Shown here in pieces: positions 38,461-48,194 of a DNA stretch of 64,000 bases. The DNA is from Candidatus Gastranaerophilales bacterium. Its GTDB lineage: Bacteria; Cyanobacteriota; Vampirovibrionia; Gastranaerophilales; Gastranaerophilaceae. Location of the stretch: assembly GCA_003150395.1 (NCBI GenBank), contig QAMI01000059.1:2719-66718 (forward strand). Direction: 5' to 3'. Position numbers and translations under genes: made by a program. The notes beneath the pieces are model-generated. The model made no database searches, was not told where the DNA came from, and saw only the letters and a program-made list of their open reading frames with translations. The stretch's first letter is position 1. Every line of letters begins with the position of its first letter.

Positions 38461-39038
38461 ACATTTTCCCCTTTAAAGATTGCTTCTTCTACCAACGCGC
38501 AAATTATATGACCAATCATTATGTGCGCTTCCTGAATTGTCGGTGTGCTTTCGGACGGTACTTTTATTATATAATCACAAAGTGTATCCATTTCGCAAGC
38601 TTTTTGACCGACGAGTCCAATAGTTGTTACATTTTTCTTTTTGGCTTCAAGGATAGCTTTTACAATATTTTTGGAATTTCCAGAAGTTGATATTGCAATA
38701 AAAACATCTCCTTCATTTGCATTTGCCTGAATTTGTCGGGAAAAAGAATTTTCATAACCGTAGTCATTTCCGATTGCAGTTAAAATTGAAGTATCGGTTG
38801 CAAGAGAAAATGCACTCAAACCAGGTCTATCAAAAAAGAATTTTGAAACGAGTTCCCCTGCAATATGCTGAGCGTCTCCGGCTGAGCCCCCATTGCCCGC
38901 TGTTAAAACCTTTTTGCCGTTAATATAGGCTTCTACAATAACATTGGCTGATTTTTGAATTGTTTTAAGTAAGTTGTTATCATTTAATATTTCTTGCTTT
39001 GTTTTTATTGATGCCTCAATGTAGTTTTCTATGAACAT
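38433..39038 (-). CDS. gmhA: Phosphoheptose isomerase (SIS domain)
   Basis: GNGGSAGDAQHIAGEL, TAIGNDYGYE, ISTSGNSKN. ATG 39038 is preceded by AAGGAG; the track ORF starts at 39086. Confidence 0.85.
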   Translation of the reverse strand: MFIENYIEASIKTKQEILNDNNLLKTIQKSANVIVEAYINGKKVLTAGNGGSAGDAQHIAGELVSKFFFDRPGLSAFSLATDTSILTAIGNDYGYENSFSRQIQANANEGDVFIAISTSGNSKNIVKAILEAKKKNVTTIGLVGQKACEMDTLCDYIIKVPSESTPTIQEAHIMIGHIICALVEEAIFKGENVCLSGQKLH

Positions 39039-40098
39039 TTTAATAGGTCTCCTTTGTTTTGAAACTTGCCTAAAACGATTGGACAATATTTTTCTAATAT
39101 TTTAATTGTGTAGTAGTTTATAAGCAATAGTATGAATGTGAATATTATTAAAAATATTAGTTTTAGGATTATATTTGGAAAGTAATTTATTATTTGTGTA
39201 TTCAAAATTCGTAGAGGAAAAAGCAGTAACTCATGAAAAAATATTATAAATAATGTATTTTTTGCTATAGTTTTTATAAATTCATTTTCATCGCAGAAAA
39301 ATTTAGAAATTATACATATCATATATGTTCCGATTATGCCACCTAAATATGATAAAAACAAGGATTGATTTTGAATATTTTTATTAGGAAGACTCATTTC
39401 TATCACTCCGTTATGTGAAAGTATATTTTCTAATAGTAAATAACTAATTATAACCCCCCCCCCCCAGCTCTAAGCCCTTTTTTAGTATAGCTTTTCAGCA
39501 TATAGCCAAAAGTGAAATAAGGTACCGCCATTAGAGTATTATCAAGGCAAAAATATAAATTTATATTATTTATAAATAAAAATTTACATATAAATATTGC
39601 TGAAATGTTTAACAAAACTAAATTTCTAATATTTAAATTTATATTATTAAATAGTAATCTAAGTTGTATGATTGTCATTATAAACCAGCATGGCGCGCAA
39701 TTTGGTATTGAAATAGGTGTACTAGAAGCATCTCCAAGAATTGCTCCACTGACAATTCCTAATATTTTATATCCTAAATAAGGTTTTATTAGAAACAAAT
39801 ACCAAGCTTTAAAAGGTAAGTATATAATCTGGTAAATTAAATAAGGAATTAAAAGTCCATATAAAATTTTTTTATAGTTATCAGTTTTTGTTTTTGATTT
39901 ATATAAATACCCTGCCATAATAAAGAATAAAGGCATATGAAATAGATAGATAAAATCCCATAGATGTGAGAAAAATGTAGAATTTTTTAGAAGTCCAAAT
40001 GGCGATAATGTATGCCCAAAGACTACCAAAAATATTCCAATAAACTTTGCAATATCTACCCAAACAATATTTCTATTTTCAATAATATTTTCAGACAA
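39029..40098 (-). CDS. Acyltransferase-3 (OafA/YrhL-like) membrane O-acyltransferase, split by a G12 tract (candidate phase-variable gene, OFF as sequenced)
   Basis: Track ORFs 39448..40098 (N-terminus NRNIVWVDIAKFIGIFLVVFGH) and 39029..39406 are both polytopic. Together they equal one acyltransferase of about 350 aa. The second frame is open back through the tract. Confidence 0.8.
39454..39465. repeat. Homopolymer C12 on + strand (G12 in the gene sense)
   Basis: Counted directly. Confidence 0.95.
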
Positions 40099-41260
40099 AT
40101 TTTAGTACCTCGCATTTTAAGTATGGAAGTTTTATATTGTCAATTTCTGGATTGTCGCCGATCATTATTGAATTTTTTAAATCAATTTTTAAATTATCAC
40201 ATGCCTTCAAAATCATGCCAGGGTTTGGTTTCCGCAATATGGTGTCAAAATGATATTCTATTCGGGTTCCATCTTTGTGAAACGGACAAAATTCTATAGC
40301 ATCAAATTTTAGGTTTTTTGTTTTATAAAATTCTTTTATACCTTCAAAATTCTCCTGCATGTCCGTAAAACTGAATTTTTCTTTTGCAACACCCGCTTGA
40401 TTTGTAACCATCACAACATAATAACCTTGTTCTGAATATTTTCTTACAATATCAATTGTACTTTCTATAATTTGAAAATCTCGACCATGAGGGTATTCTG
40501 TGTTTACAATTAAGGTCCCGTCTTTGTCAATGAACAATGCGGGTTTTGCTTTCTTTTTTATCCATGACGGAATTAACTCTTGAGCTTTTGAGTAATCCTG
40601 TGGAATTCCAATATCAATAAAACAGCCGCCTAAGGGTAATCCGTAAAGTTTATCTTGCGATAATAATTTCGGGAAAATTTCGGTTTCCAAAGAGATAAAT
40701 TCTCCATTAAAATTTTTTACGAAATCTTTTAAAACTTCTTTTTTAAGATAATAAATCCCGCCGTTAATATATCCGTCAATACGGTTTTCCGGCAAAGAAC
40801 CCTTTTCTACAAAAGATGTTGTTTTGAAATCATCGTTTATTTCCACCATGCCATATCTTGAGATATTGTTGGTATATCTTAATGTAATTGTGCAAGGCTT
40901 ATCTTTGCTGAAATCTTCAAGAAGTGAATAATCAATATCAAAAAAAGTATCGCCGTTTATCACAAAAAATTCATCTTCAAGATAATCATAAGCATTAAGA
41001 ATAGCACCGCCTGTCCCTAAAGCAGTTTCTTCTTTTATTAATATGGCATTCTTTAATTTTTTAAAGTGTTTTTCAATTATTTCGGATTTGTAACCGGTTA
41101 AAAATACAAAACTATCAAAACCTTGATGTTTCAATGTCTTTACCAGGTATTCAAGAAAAGGTTTTTTAGAAATCGGAGCCATTGGTTTAGGTACATCACT
41201 GACAACATGCGCTAATCTTGTTCCGAAACCGCCTGCCAATATCACTGCTTGTCTAGCCAT
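40091..41260 (-). CDS. Bifunctional heptose 1-phosphate nucleotidyltransferase (HddC-like) / D,D-heptose 1,7-bisphosphate phosphatase (GmhB-like) fusion
   Basis: N-terminus AVILAGGFGTRL...PKPMAPI (NTP transferase). C-terminus FIDKDGTLI, VTNQAGVAK, RKPNPGM, GDNPEIDN (HAD/GmhB motifs). Confidence 0.75.
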   Translation of the reverse strand: MARQAVILAGGFGTRLAHVVSDVPKPMAPISKKPFLEYLVKTLKHQGFDSFVFLTGYKSEIIEKHFKKLKNAILIKEETALGTGGAILNAYDYLEDEFFVINGDTFFDIDYSLLEDFSKDKPCTITLRYTNNISRYGMVEINDDFKTTSFVEKGSLPENRIDGYINGGIYYLKKEVLKDFVKNFNGEFISLETEIFPKLLSQDKLYGLPLGGCFIDIGIPQDYSKAQELIPSWIKKKAKPALFIDKDGTLIVNTEYPHGRDFQIIESTIDIVRKYSEQGYYVVMVTNQAGVAKEKFSFTDMQENFEGIKEFYKTKNLKFDAIEFCPFHKDGTRIEYHFDTILRKPNPGMILKACDNLKIDLKNSIMIGDNPEIDNIKLPYLKCEVLKFV

Positions 41261-42623
41261 GTCTGCCTCCTAAAGCCAAAAATACAGCTTTTATCAAAAT
41301 CCCGATTTCCCACAATAAATTCCGATGTTTTAAGTAATAAAGGTCATATTGAAGTTTTTCTGCGACATCATCACTTGAAACACAATGTCCTTGATTAATC
41401 TGCGCCCATCCTGTCCATCCGGTTTTAACCCACTGACGGCTTGTATAGTAAGGAATTTCATTTGAATATATTGAAACAAGATTTTCCCATTCACTGCGGG
41501 GACCGACAATTGACATATCGCCTTTTAATATATTTATCATCTGCGGAATTTCATCAAAACGAGCTTTCCTGACAAATTTACAGAATGGAATTACTCTGTC
41601 GTCTTCATCTTGAGATTCTGTATGCCCGATATGACCCTTTTGAGGTACATAATCATTTAAATACATTGTTCTTAGTTTATACATTTTAAATTGTTTGCCA
41701 TTTTTGCCAATTCTATTTTGTGTGTAAATTGCCGGGCCGCCATCAGTCATTTTTACTCTTATTCCAATGTATAAGAGTATCGGAAAAGTCACTGTTAATA
41801 TGATTAATGCTGCAATAATGTCATAAATACGTTTACAAAAATCATAAACTGCCGAACGTTTGTTCATGTAATCATAAAACAGCCAATTCATAGACATTCT
41901 GTCAATAAAATATTTACCGGTAACGAGCTCATAGAACTCAGGCATTTTGTAAACTTTTACGTTGCGCGGAATACTTTCTACCAAGCTTGTCAGCAATTCT
42001 TCTTCCATGCGCCTTTTAACGGCAATAATTACAATATCAATATTATTTAATTTTATAGTTTCTTTTAGTGCGAATGGTTTTGTAAGAATTTTGAGATTAT
42101 GGTCATTGATATAATCAGTGTCGTCGTCAAAATCTTTTATAAAACCTGTGACATTCATCTTTAAAGCTTTTTTATTAATAATCTCATCTGCAAGAAGTTT
42201 TGCATTCTTATCGGCGCCTATAATTAGAATGTTTTTAACTTTTTTGATATGGAAAAGATAATAGTGAAAAAGAGTTCTATAAACTTGTAGAACCAAGAAA
42301 ATTGTCACTAGGTTTGCGAGAACAAATTCGAGTGAATTTACATTATCAGCAAATGTAAGAAGCAGGATTGCTGCAGGAATTTGTGAAAACACAATACCTT
42401 CAAAAAGCAGATAATGATTTTTGAGATTAACGTTAAACTCTCGTATTTTGTAATTGTCTTTCAAAAATAGAACGGCCAAGCCCGTAAGAACAGTTATAAA
42501 AACTGTTAGGTGAAGAAATTCTTCTGGCATGGAAAATCTTTCAAACCAAAAAGTTGTTGATACTAAAAAAGTAATAATATCAACCGTTAACATCACCCAT
42601 ATAGATTTTGACAAAAATTTCAA
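41253..42623 (-). CDS. Polyprenyl glycosylphosphotransferase (WbaP-type initiating sugar transferase)
   Basis: 456 aa with N-terminal TMs and a C-terminal bacterial sugar transferase domain (RFDEIPQMINILKGDMSIVGPR). Confidence 0.85.
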   Translation of the reverse strand: MKFLSKSIWVMLTVDIITFLVSTTFWFERFSMPEEFLHLTVFITVLTGLAVLFLKDNYKIREFNVNLKNHYLLFEGIVFSQIPAAILLLTFADNVNSLEFVLANLVTIFLVLQVYRTLFHYYLFHIKKVKNILIIGADKNAKLLADEIINKKALKMNVTGFIKDFDDDTDYINDHNLKILTKPFALKETIKLNNIDIVIIAVKRRMEEELLTSLVESIPRNVKVYKMPEFYELVTGKYFIDRMSMNWLFYDYMNKRSAVYDFCKRIYDIIAALIILTVTFPILLYIGIRVKMTDGGPAIYTQNRIGKNGKQFKMYKLRTMYLNDYVPQKGHIGHTESQDEDDRVIPFCKFVRKARFDEIPQMINILKGDMSIVGPRSEWENLVSIYSNEIPYYTSRQWVKTGWTGWAQINQGHCVSSDDVAEKLQYDLYYLKHRNLLWEIGILIKAVFLALGGRHG

Positions 42624-42783
42624 ATCATACCTCTCTGTTCAATTATAATAATACAACAAACATGAAATTATATTAGCCAAATGGCTATAATATTAATAAA
42701 AGTTTTAACAATATATAACTAGTAGCTTATTAGTTTCTATATATTGTGTTATAATTATCTCTGTGAAACGTCAGGATAATAGT

Positions 42784-43785
42784 ATGACAAAGATTAAAAT
42801 TCTAGATTGCACTCTTCGCGACGGCGGCTATGTAAACCAGTGGAATTTTGGCGAAGAAAATATTCAAAAAATTATTCGAAATTTAGAAAATGCTCATCTC
42901 GATTATATTGAATGCGGGTTTCTTAATCAAAAAGTATATAACTCTAATGAAAGTCTATTTCAAAATATTAACCAATTAGAAAAGTTTTTATATAATAAAT
43001 CTTCTGAAACTTTATATTCTTTGATGATAAATTACGGTGAATATCCACTAGAAAACCTTCCTGAGTGTAAAAATAATAAAATTTTTTTAAGGGTTGCTTT
43101 TCATAAACGGAATTTTAAAGAAGCGATTATTTTTTGCGAGCAGCTTATTGAAAAAGGTTATGGAATCTTTTTAAATCCTAAACAAACAAATTTGTACACT
43201 TTCCAGGAAATGCTTGAACTTATAAATAGTGCTAATGAATTCAAACCAAAGGCTCTTACAATCGTTGATACCAATGGTGCAATGAAAGAAGATGATGTTT
43301 TTAAATTATTTCAATTAATTGATGAAAATTTAGATAAAAATATTGCATTATGTTTTCACTCTCACAATAACTTGCAGCTTTCTTTTGCAAATGCCAAATG
43401 TTTGATGAAAATTTGTACAGTAAGAGAACTTATTATAGATTCAAGTGTTTTTGGGATGGGGCGCGGTGCAGGAAATCTTTGCTCCGAACTTATTGTTAGG
43501 TATCTCAAAGATAATTACGGTGCAAATTATGAGCTTGTTCCGATTTTGAAGATTATAGACGAACAAATATATCCTATTTTTACACAAACAACTTGGGGAT
43601 ATTCTTTTCAGTATTTTCTTTCAGCTGTCAATAACTGTCATCCAAATTATGCTAAATATTTTGTTGAGAACCAAATTATTTCTGCTGAATTTATTAATAA
43701 TATTCTGCAAGCAATTCCTGATGATAAAAAATCCGTTTACGATAAGGATTTAATTAAACATTTGTGCAATTTAAGCAAAGTTTAA
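42784..43785 (+). CDS. HMGL-like (pyruvate carboxyltransferase/aldolase TIM-barrel) protein
   Basis: ILDCTLRDGGY, YIECGF and HSHNN motifs. ATG 42784; the track start is GTG 42763. Confidence 0.6.
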   Translation: MTKIKILDCTLRDGGYVNQWNFGEENIQKIIRNLENAHLDYIECGFLNQKVYNSNESLFQNINQLEKFLYNKSSETLYSLMINYGEYPLENLPECKNNKIFLRVAFHKRNFKEAIIFCEQLIEKGYGIFLNPKQTNLYTFQEMLELINSANEFKPKALTIVDTNGAMKEDDVFKLFQLIDENLDKNIALCFHSHNNLQLSFANAKCLMKICTVRELIIDSSVFGMGRGAGNLCSELIVRYLKDNYGANYELVPILKIIDEQIYPIFTQTTWGYSFQYFLSAVNNCHPNYAKYFVENQIISAEFINNILQAIPDDKKSVYDKDLIKHLCNLSKV

Positions 43786-43797
43786 ATGTTAAAACTC

Positions 43798-44757
43798 TTA
43801 TGAATACATCAAAATGCTGTTATAATGTAATTCTTTCACGATATCAATTATTTTGTTTATAAATTTCTTGTAGGCCTGTCTGTCGGCTTCACCTGAAAGA
43901 ATTATATCTGCATTAGAAATTGTCGGATGAATATGGGTTTTTGCTTTGCTGGCGGCGTTGTTGTAAACTTCATCGCTGGATGAACCCAAATTCCTTTCAG
44001 CTGCACGTTTGTAAAATCTTTCCTTTTGAATATTCGCCGAAACGTCAACATATATTTTAAAATCAAATGCATCAACGACTTTTTCGGTTAAAGTGAATAA
44101 CCCTTCCGAAATTATGATTTTAGCCGGAACCGCCCGGGTTACATTGTCTTTTCTGATTGCAGTTCCAGACATGTCATACTTTGGAAGCCAAACTGTTTTA
44201 CCGTTCAAAAGAGCTCTTATGTGTTCTTTCATTAGTTCCAGCTCTAATGCCTCCGGAATATCCAAATCGTAATGTTTTGCAAATTCAGCAAAACTTCCGG
44301 CTTTTTTTACCATTTCCGAGCGATCATAGTAATAATCATCTGTGTTAATTCTTGTAATCGCATTTTCAATGCAATATTCATTTGCAAAGGCTTCAATTGT
44401 ATCAATTATATCAAGCGTTATTGTTGATTTTCCGCTTGCAGTCTCCCCGGCAATTCCTATTGAACAGGCTCTGCCTTTGGCGCCGGATAAAAATAATGCC
44501 ATTTTATGAATGGCATTACTCGATACATATTTAAATATAGAATCAGATGAATCCATTTCATCTGCAAAAATTTTATTAAGCTTTTTTTCTATTGATTGAA
44601 AAACTAGAAGATTATTGTTTCTTTTACCTGAAAACAATTGTTTGTCTGAAGGTTTAATAGTTTTTGTAACGGTATTCTGCAATTTACAAATCCTTTTATT
44701 ATACTTCTTTTTTCCTATTTTACTACAATAAAAAATAAATAGAAGAAAATTTGTCAA
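43798..44757 (-). CDS. Uridine kinase/phosphoribulokinase-family P-loop kinase (start uncertain)
   Basis: IGIAGETASGKST Walker A. The track start is a TTG inside a TTGACA hexamer. The first in-frame ATG is at 44556. Confidence 0.6.
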   Translation of the reverse strand: MTNFLLFIFYCSKIGKKKYNKRICKLQNTVTKTIKPSDKQLFSGKRNNNLLVFQSIEKKLNKIFADEMDSSDSIFKYVSSNAIHKMALFLSGAKGRACSIGIAGETASGKSTITLDIIDTIEAFANEYCIENAITRINTDDYYYDRSEMVKKAGSFAEFAKHYDLDIPEALELELMKEHIRALLNGKTVWLPKYDMSGTAIRKDNVTRAVPAKIIISEGLFTLTEKVVDAFDFKIYVDVSANIQKERFYKRAAERNLGSSSDEVYNNAASKAKTHIHPTISNADIILSGEADRQAYKKFINKIIDIVKELHYNSILMYS

Positions 44758-44791
44758 AAATGTTAAAAATGTTCAAAATTTGTAATAAAAA

Positions 44792-45814
44792 TTATAATTT
44801 ATTGTTTTTTATTTGTTTATCAATTTTTTCGGCCAGATATGTTGAAATCATTGGTAAAAATCCATAATAAATTGCTGCAAAAATTAATGCCGGCCGTAAG
44901 ATATTGATACCTTCTATGTATTTGTAGAGTTTCGGGTCATTTTGGTTTAGTTTTGAAAATTTCTCAATAAAGGTTTGCGTGTGTTTTTTTATAACCCTGT
45001 CAACCGCATAGCCGCCGGTTAATGTAATTCCGGTTGAGATTACATTATTATAAATAAGCGCTTTTTTCCTATCTTCTTTAATTTTGCTGCTTTGATTTGT
45101 TAAATATGCAAAACTTGAGGTTAAGAGTATATCTGTGGCTGCTGTCATATGTTTTGCGATATTTTTGTCATTGTTTTGGTGTTTTGCGGCAAAGTTTCTA
45201 AAAACTTCCCAATCAAGAACTTTTGCAATGCCTTTTGGAATTGCTTCTGGCAAAGCGCCCGTAAAAGGAATGTTTTTTTCTTTCAAAGCTGTACTTTTCT
45301 GAGGAGTTTGTTTGTGCGGCACAATTTTTAGGTCAAACAGCTTGTCCATAATAATCGGAATAAAGGCAATTGTTAAGATAGATTTAGGAATTGCCGAAAG
45401 AAAGCCTGCACCTAATTTTAGAGTTTGGGTTGCAAGTTTGTAGCTCTTTGAAGAGGTCAAGGGATTTGAAGATGGCTGAAAACTTTTGATAGATGCCTTG
45501 TTAAGATATTTTTCGGGGTTTTTGTCGATTTTTTTTACGGCATTTTCAATTGGGAGTGCAATTGCTTCAACCATTGCAAATTTTATGAGTCCTGAACCTA
45601 TTGAATTTGCAATCGCATACTGTTTGTTCTCCTTTTCAACATTTGGGGTTGTAAGAATTGCAAGCGGACGTGTTGTAAGTGACATCACAAGCGCTGTTCC
45701 GGCAGAGAACGATGTAGCGTGCTCGGAAACTTTTTCAAGAGTTTTCAGAACTGTTTTGTTTGTCAAAACTCCTGTAAAATTTGGATTATTTCGGCTTACT
45801 TTATTTACTTGCAT
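44792..45814 (-). CDS. Hypothetical protein, member of a local paralogous family
   Basis: It shares an RP-x4-5-(D/P)(K/N)-x5-8-YA segment with 46924..47553 and 47553..48104. ATG 45814 follows AGGAAAAA. Confidence 0.5.
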   Translation of the reverse strand: MQVNKVSRNNPNFTGVLTNKTVLKTLEKVSEHATSFSAGTALVMSLTTRPLAILTTPNVEKENKQYAIANSIGSGLIKFAMVEAIALPIENAVKKIDKNPEKYLNKASIKSFQPSSNPLTSSKSYKLATQTLKLGAGFLSAIPKSILTIAFIPIIMDKLFDLKIVPHKQTPQKSTALKEKNIPFTGALPEAIPKGIAKVLDWEVFRNFAAKHQNNDKNIAKHMTAATDILLTSSFAYLTNQSSKIKEDRKKALIYNNVISTGITLTGGYAVDRVIKKHTQTFIEKFSKLNQNDPKLYKYIEGINILRPALIFAAIYYGFLPMISTYLAEKIDKQIKNNKL

Positions 45815-45893
45815 ACGCTTTTTCCTATTACAAGTAGACAACACACAAAGCAAAAAGTAAAATGTTTCTTAAAATTTTTATACTATAATAATT

Positions 45894-46598
45894 GTGATGA
45901 ATATAAAAGAGTTTATTAAATCGGAATTGTTAGGATGGGGAAGGGTTGAAAGAGTTATTTTTCCACTTGAGATTTTTTTGATTATAATAATATCAATCTA
46001 TATTGGCGATAATAAAATCGCGCTTGTTTCGGCCGTTTGCGGAATAAGTTATACTATTTTGGCCGGAAAAGGTAAAATTTCATGTTATTTATTTGGGCTT
46101 TGCGGAACTTTATGCTACGCATATATTTCTTATAAAAATCAACTTTATGGGAATTTATATCTTTATGCCCTTTATTATTTTCCCATGCAGATTTTGGGAA
46201 TTTTTAAATGGCGTCAGCACCTTAACAAAGAAACTAATGAGATTATTAAAACTTCGTTGAAATTTAGAGAACGTTTTGCATATTTTTCTTCTGCGATAGT
46301 GCTATCATTGATTGCTGCAGTTCTTTTAAAATATACCGGCGATTTAACACCTTTTTTTGATGCCTTCACAACAGTGTTTTCTATATTCGGCCTGATTTTG
46401 ACAATAAAACGCTGTATTGAGCAGTGGTATATTTGGACAGTTGTTAACGGCTTATCCGTAATTATGTGGATTGAAGCATATTTTCACGGTTCAAACTGTT
46501 TTGCTACAATTTTAATGTGGGGAACATATTTTATTTTAGGACTTTATTTCCTATACACCTGGCACAAAGAAATCCGGCAAAACCGTGCTTTAGGCTAG
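45894..46598 (+). CDS. pnuC: Nicotinamide riboside transporter
   Basis: 234 aa with 7-8 TMs and PnuC-like ILAGKGKISCYLFG and YFPMQILGIFKW segments. Confidence 0.75.
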   Translation: MMNIKEFIKSELLGWGRVERVIFPLEIFLIIIISIYIGDNKIALVSAVCGISYTILAGKGKISCYLFGLCGTLCYAYISYKNQLYGNLYLYALYYFPMQILGIFKWRQHLNKETNEIIKTSLKFRERFAYFSSAIVLSLIAAVLLKYTGDLTPFFDAFTTVFSIFGLILTIKRCIEQWYIWTVVNGLSVIMWIEAYFHGSNCFATILMWGTYFILGLYFLYTWHKEIRQNRALG

Positions 46599-46600
46599 AA

Positions 46601-46912
46601 TCAATTTATCGAAACCTTTTCCTTAATTCCTGCTTCATTTTTTTTATCAGATGCCGGTGCATTGTTGTCTTTGTATTTCCAATATAGAAACATGTCCACA
46701 AGCAGGAAAAACGTATTTATAATATACAACCAGAAAACCCAGTCCATATCATCAAGAACCTTATGTGCAATGCCGCAAATATATCCTAAAAGAATAAGCA
46801 TTGAAAAATGGATACTTTTGCCGTGGACGCACTTGCATTTGTAAGTTTTCAAGGCTGCAACCGGCCAGCTTATGCCAAAACAAACCATCATTCCTGCTTC
46901 AAATACACTCAT
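46601..46912 (-). CDS. Small 3-TM membrane protein (PQ-loop/SemiSWEET-like topology, tentative)
   Basis: 103 aa with three hydrophobic segments and a polar tail. Confidence 0.35.
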   Translation of the reverse strand: MSVFEAGMMVCFGISWPVAALKTYKCKCVHGKSIHFSMLILLGYICGIAHKVLDDMDWVFWLYIINTFFLLVDMFLYWKYKDNNAPASDKKNEAGIKEKVSIN

Positions 46913-46923
46913 AATTATCTCCT

Positions 46924-47553
46924 TTATGCTTTTATATTTATTTTACCATTTTCCTGTTTCTTGCTTTCTTCAAAACCTAAACCTCGCATTAGCGGATGAA
47001 GTATATGGTTGCTTAATTCAGAGGCAATCCAGGCCAAACCAATTACTGTTCCTGTTAAGTTGCTTAATTCAATCGCACCTTTGGCTGCAGGGAACTCCGG
47101 AGGTTTTGCATCGTTAATAAGATGCTCTTTTAATGTTAATTTGTCATCTTTATCTGCTTTTAAAGTATCTGAAATTTTTGACAGAAGTTTATTGTTTTTT
47201 CTTTCACCAATGGGCATTTTTGCCAGTTTTGCATAATTTAAATATTCTTGTGCATCTTTGAACGCCGGGAGTTCTTTATCACCTTTTAATATTTTCTGGG
47301 CTATCTTGAAACCGTATCTCTGAAAAATAAATGGAATCATTGTGAGATAAATTCCCAAGCATAGCATCTGATATAAGCCTTCTTTTGTTGCAGCGTACTT
47401 TCTTGTATCTTCATCAACTTTTTTATCCATCATAATAGCTGCCGGCCGGCCTGTTGCTTTGAAAATGGATTCTGTAGAGACTGTGTATTTTGTGTTATTT
47501 GCAAAATTTACAAATTTTGGATTTAAAAGTATATTTGCGACTTTATCAAGCAT
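46924..47553 (-). CDS. Hypothetical protein, local paralogous family
   Basis: KATGRPAAIMMDKKVDEDTRKYAATKEGL. 1-nt TAATG overlap with the upstream gene. Confidence 0.5.
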   Translation of the reverse strand: MLDKVANILLNPKFVNFANNTKYTVSTESIFKATGRPAAIMMDKKVDEDTRKYAATKEGLYQMLCLGIYLTMIPFIFQRYGFKIAQKILKGDKELPAFKDAQEYLNYAKLAKMPIGERKNNKLLSKISDTLKADKDDKLTLKEHLINDAKPPEFPAAKGAIELSNLTGTVIGLAWIASELSNHILHPLMRGLGFEESKKQENGKINIKA

Positions 47554-48104
47554 TATATACCTCCAATCTTCATTCCGGAACTGTAAAAATTTCTGAAATG
47601 ATACATATTTTGTGCTTGATAACCGTTAAAATTAATCTCTTTCTTCTCCGGGTGAGGTAAAGCTTTTGTTGAGGGTTTTTGAACTTCTGCTTTTTTCTTT
47701 GTTATGAATTTGTCAAGAAGCGGTTTTGTTGCCGCATTACATATTGCAGGTATAACAAATAATGCTGTTAAACTTACTGTAATTAAGGATAAGGTTGATT
47801 TCATTTTTGGAAGCTCTTTTACATTATTTGTTTTAACTGCAATATGTTTGGCTAGTTTTTCAACGCCTGCATCTGTTACCAGGTATGAGCCAAAGGCAAC
47901 TGCGCCCGTCAAACCTTCTCTGAATGCTGTGTAAATTCGTGAGGCTTTCTCCTGTTTTTTGTCCATCATTGTGAATGTGGGGCGAAGAATTCCTTTTGAT
48001 ACTGCAATTGTCAAGGCTCCGTAAAGGGCTTTGTTATTTTTTCCAAGACTTAGACAAATATCTTTAAAATATTTTTGAAACGGGGTATTCATTTTTATCT
48101 CCAA
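47553..48104 (-). CDS. Hypothetical protein, local paralogous family
   Basis: SKGILRPTFTMMDKKQEKASRIYTAFREGL. Confidence 0.5.
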   Translation of the reverse strand: MEIKMNTPFQKYFKDICLSLGKNNKALYGALTIAVSKGILRPTFTMMDKKQEKASRIYTAFREGLTGAVAFGSYLVTDAGVEKLAKHIAVKTNNVKELPKMKSTLSLITVSLTALFVIPAICNAATKPLLDKFITKKKAEVQKPSTKALPHPEKKEINFNGYQAQNMYHFRNFYSSGMKIGGI

Positions 48105-48194
48105 TACAATTTTAGAACCTGAATTTGTAATGTAAAGTGTTAATTTTACGCTTAATTCAGTAATTAAGTTATTTTTTATAATATAATTTTATGT

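Noticed and set aside
43798-46598. Uridine-kinase-like gene plus pnuC as a nicotinamide riboside salvage pair
   Set aside because: An unrelated gene separates the two genes and they are on opposite strands. I cannot distinguish a ribosylnicotinamide kinase from a uridine kinase by eye. The support is insufficient.
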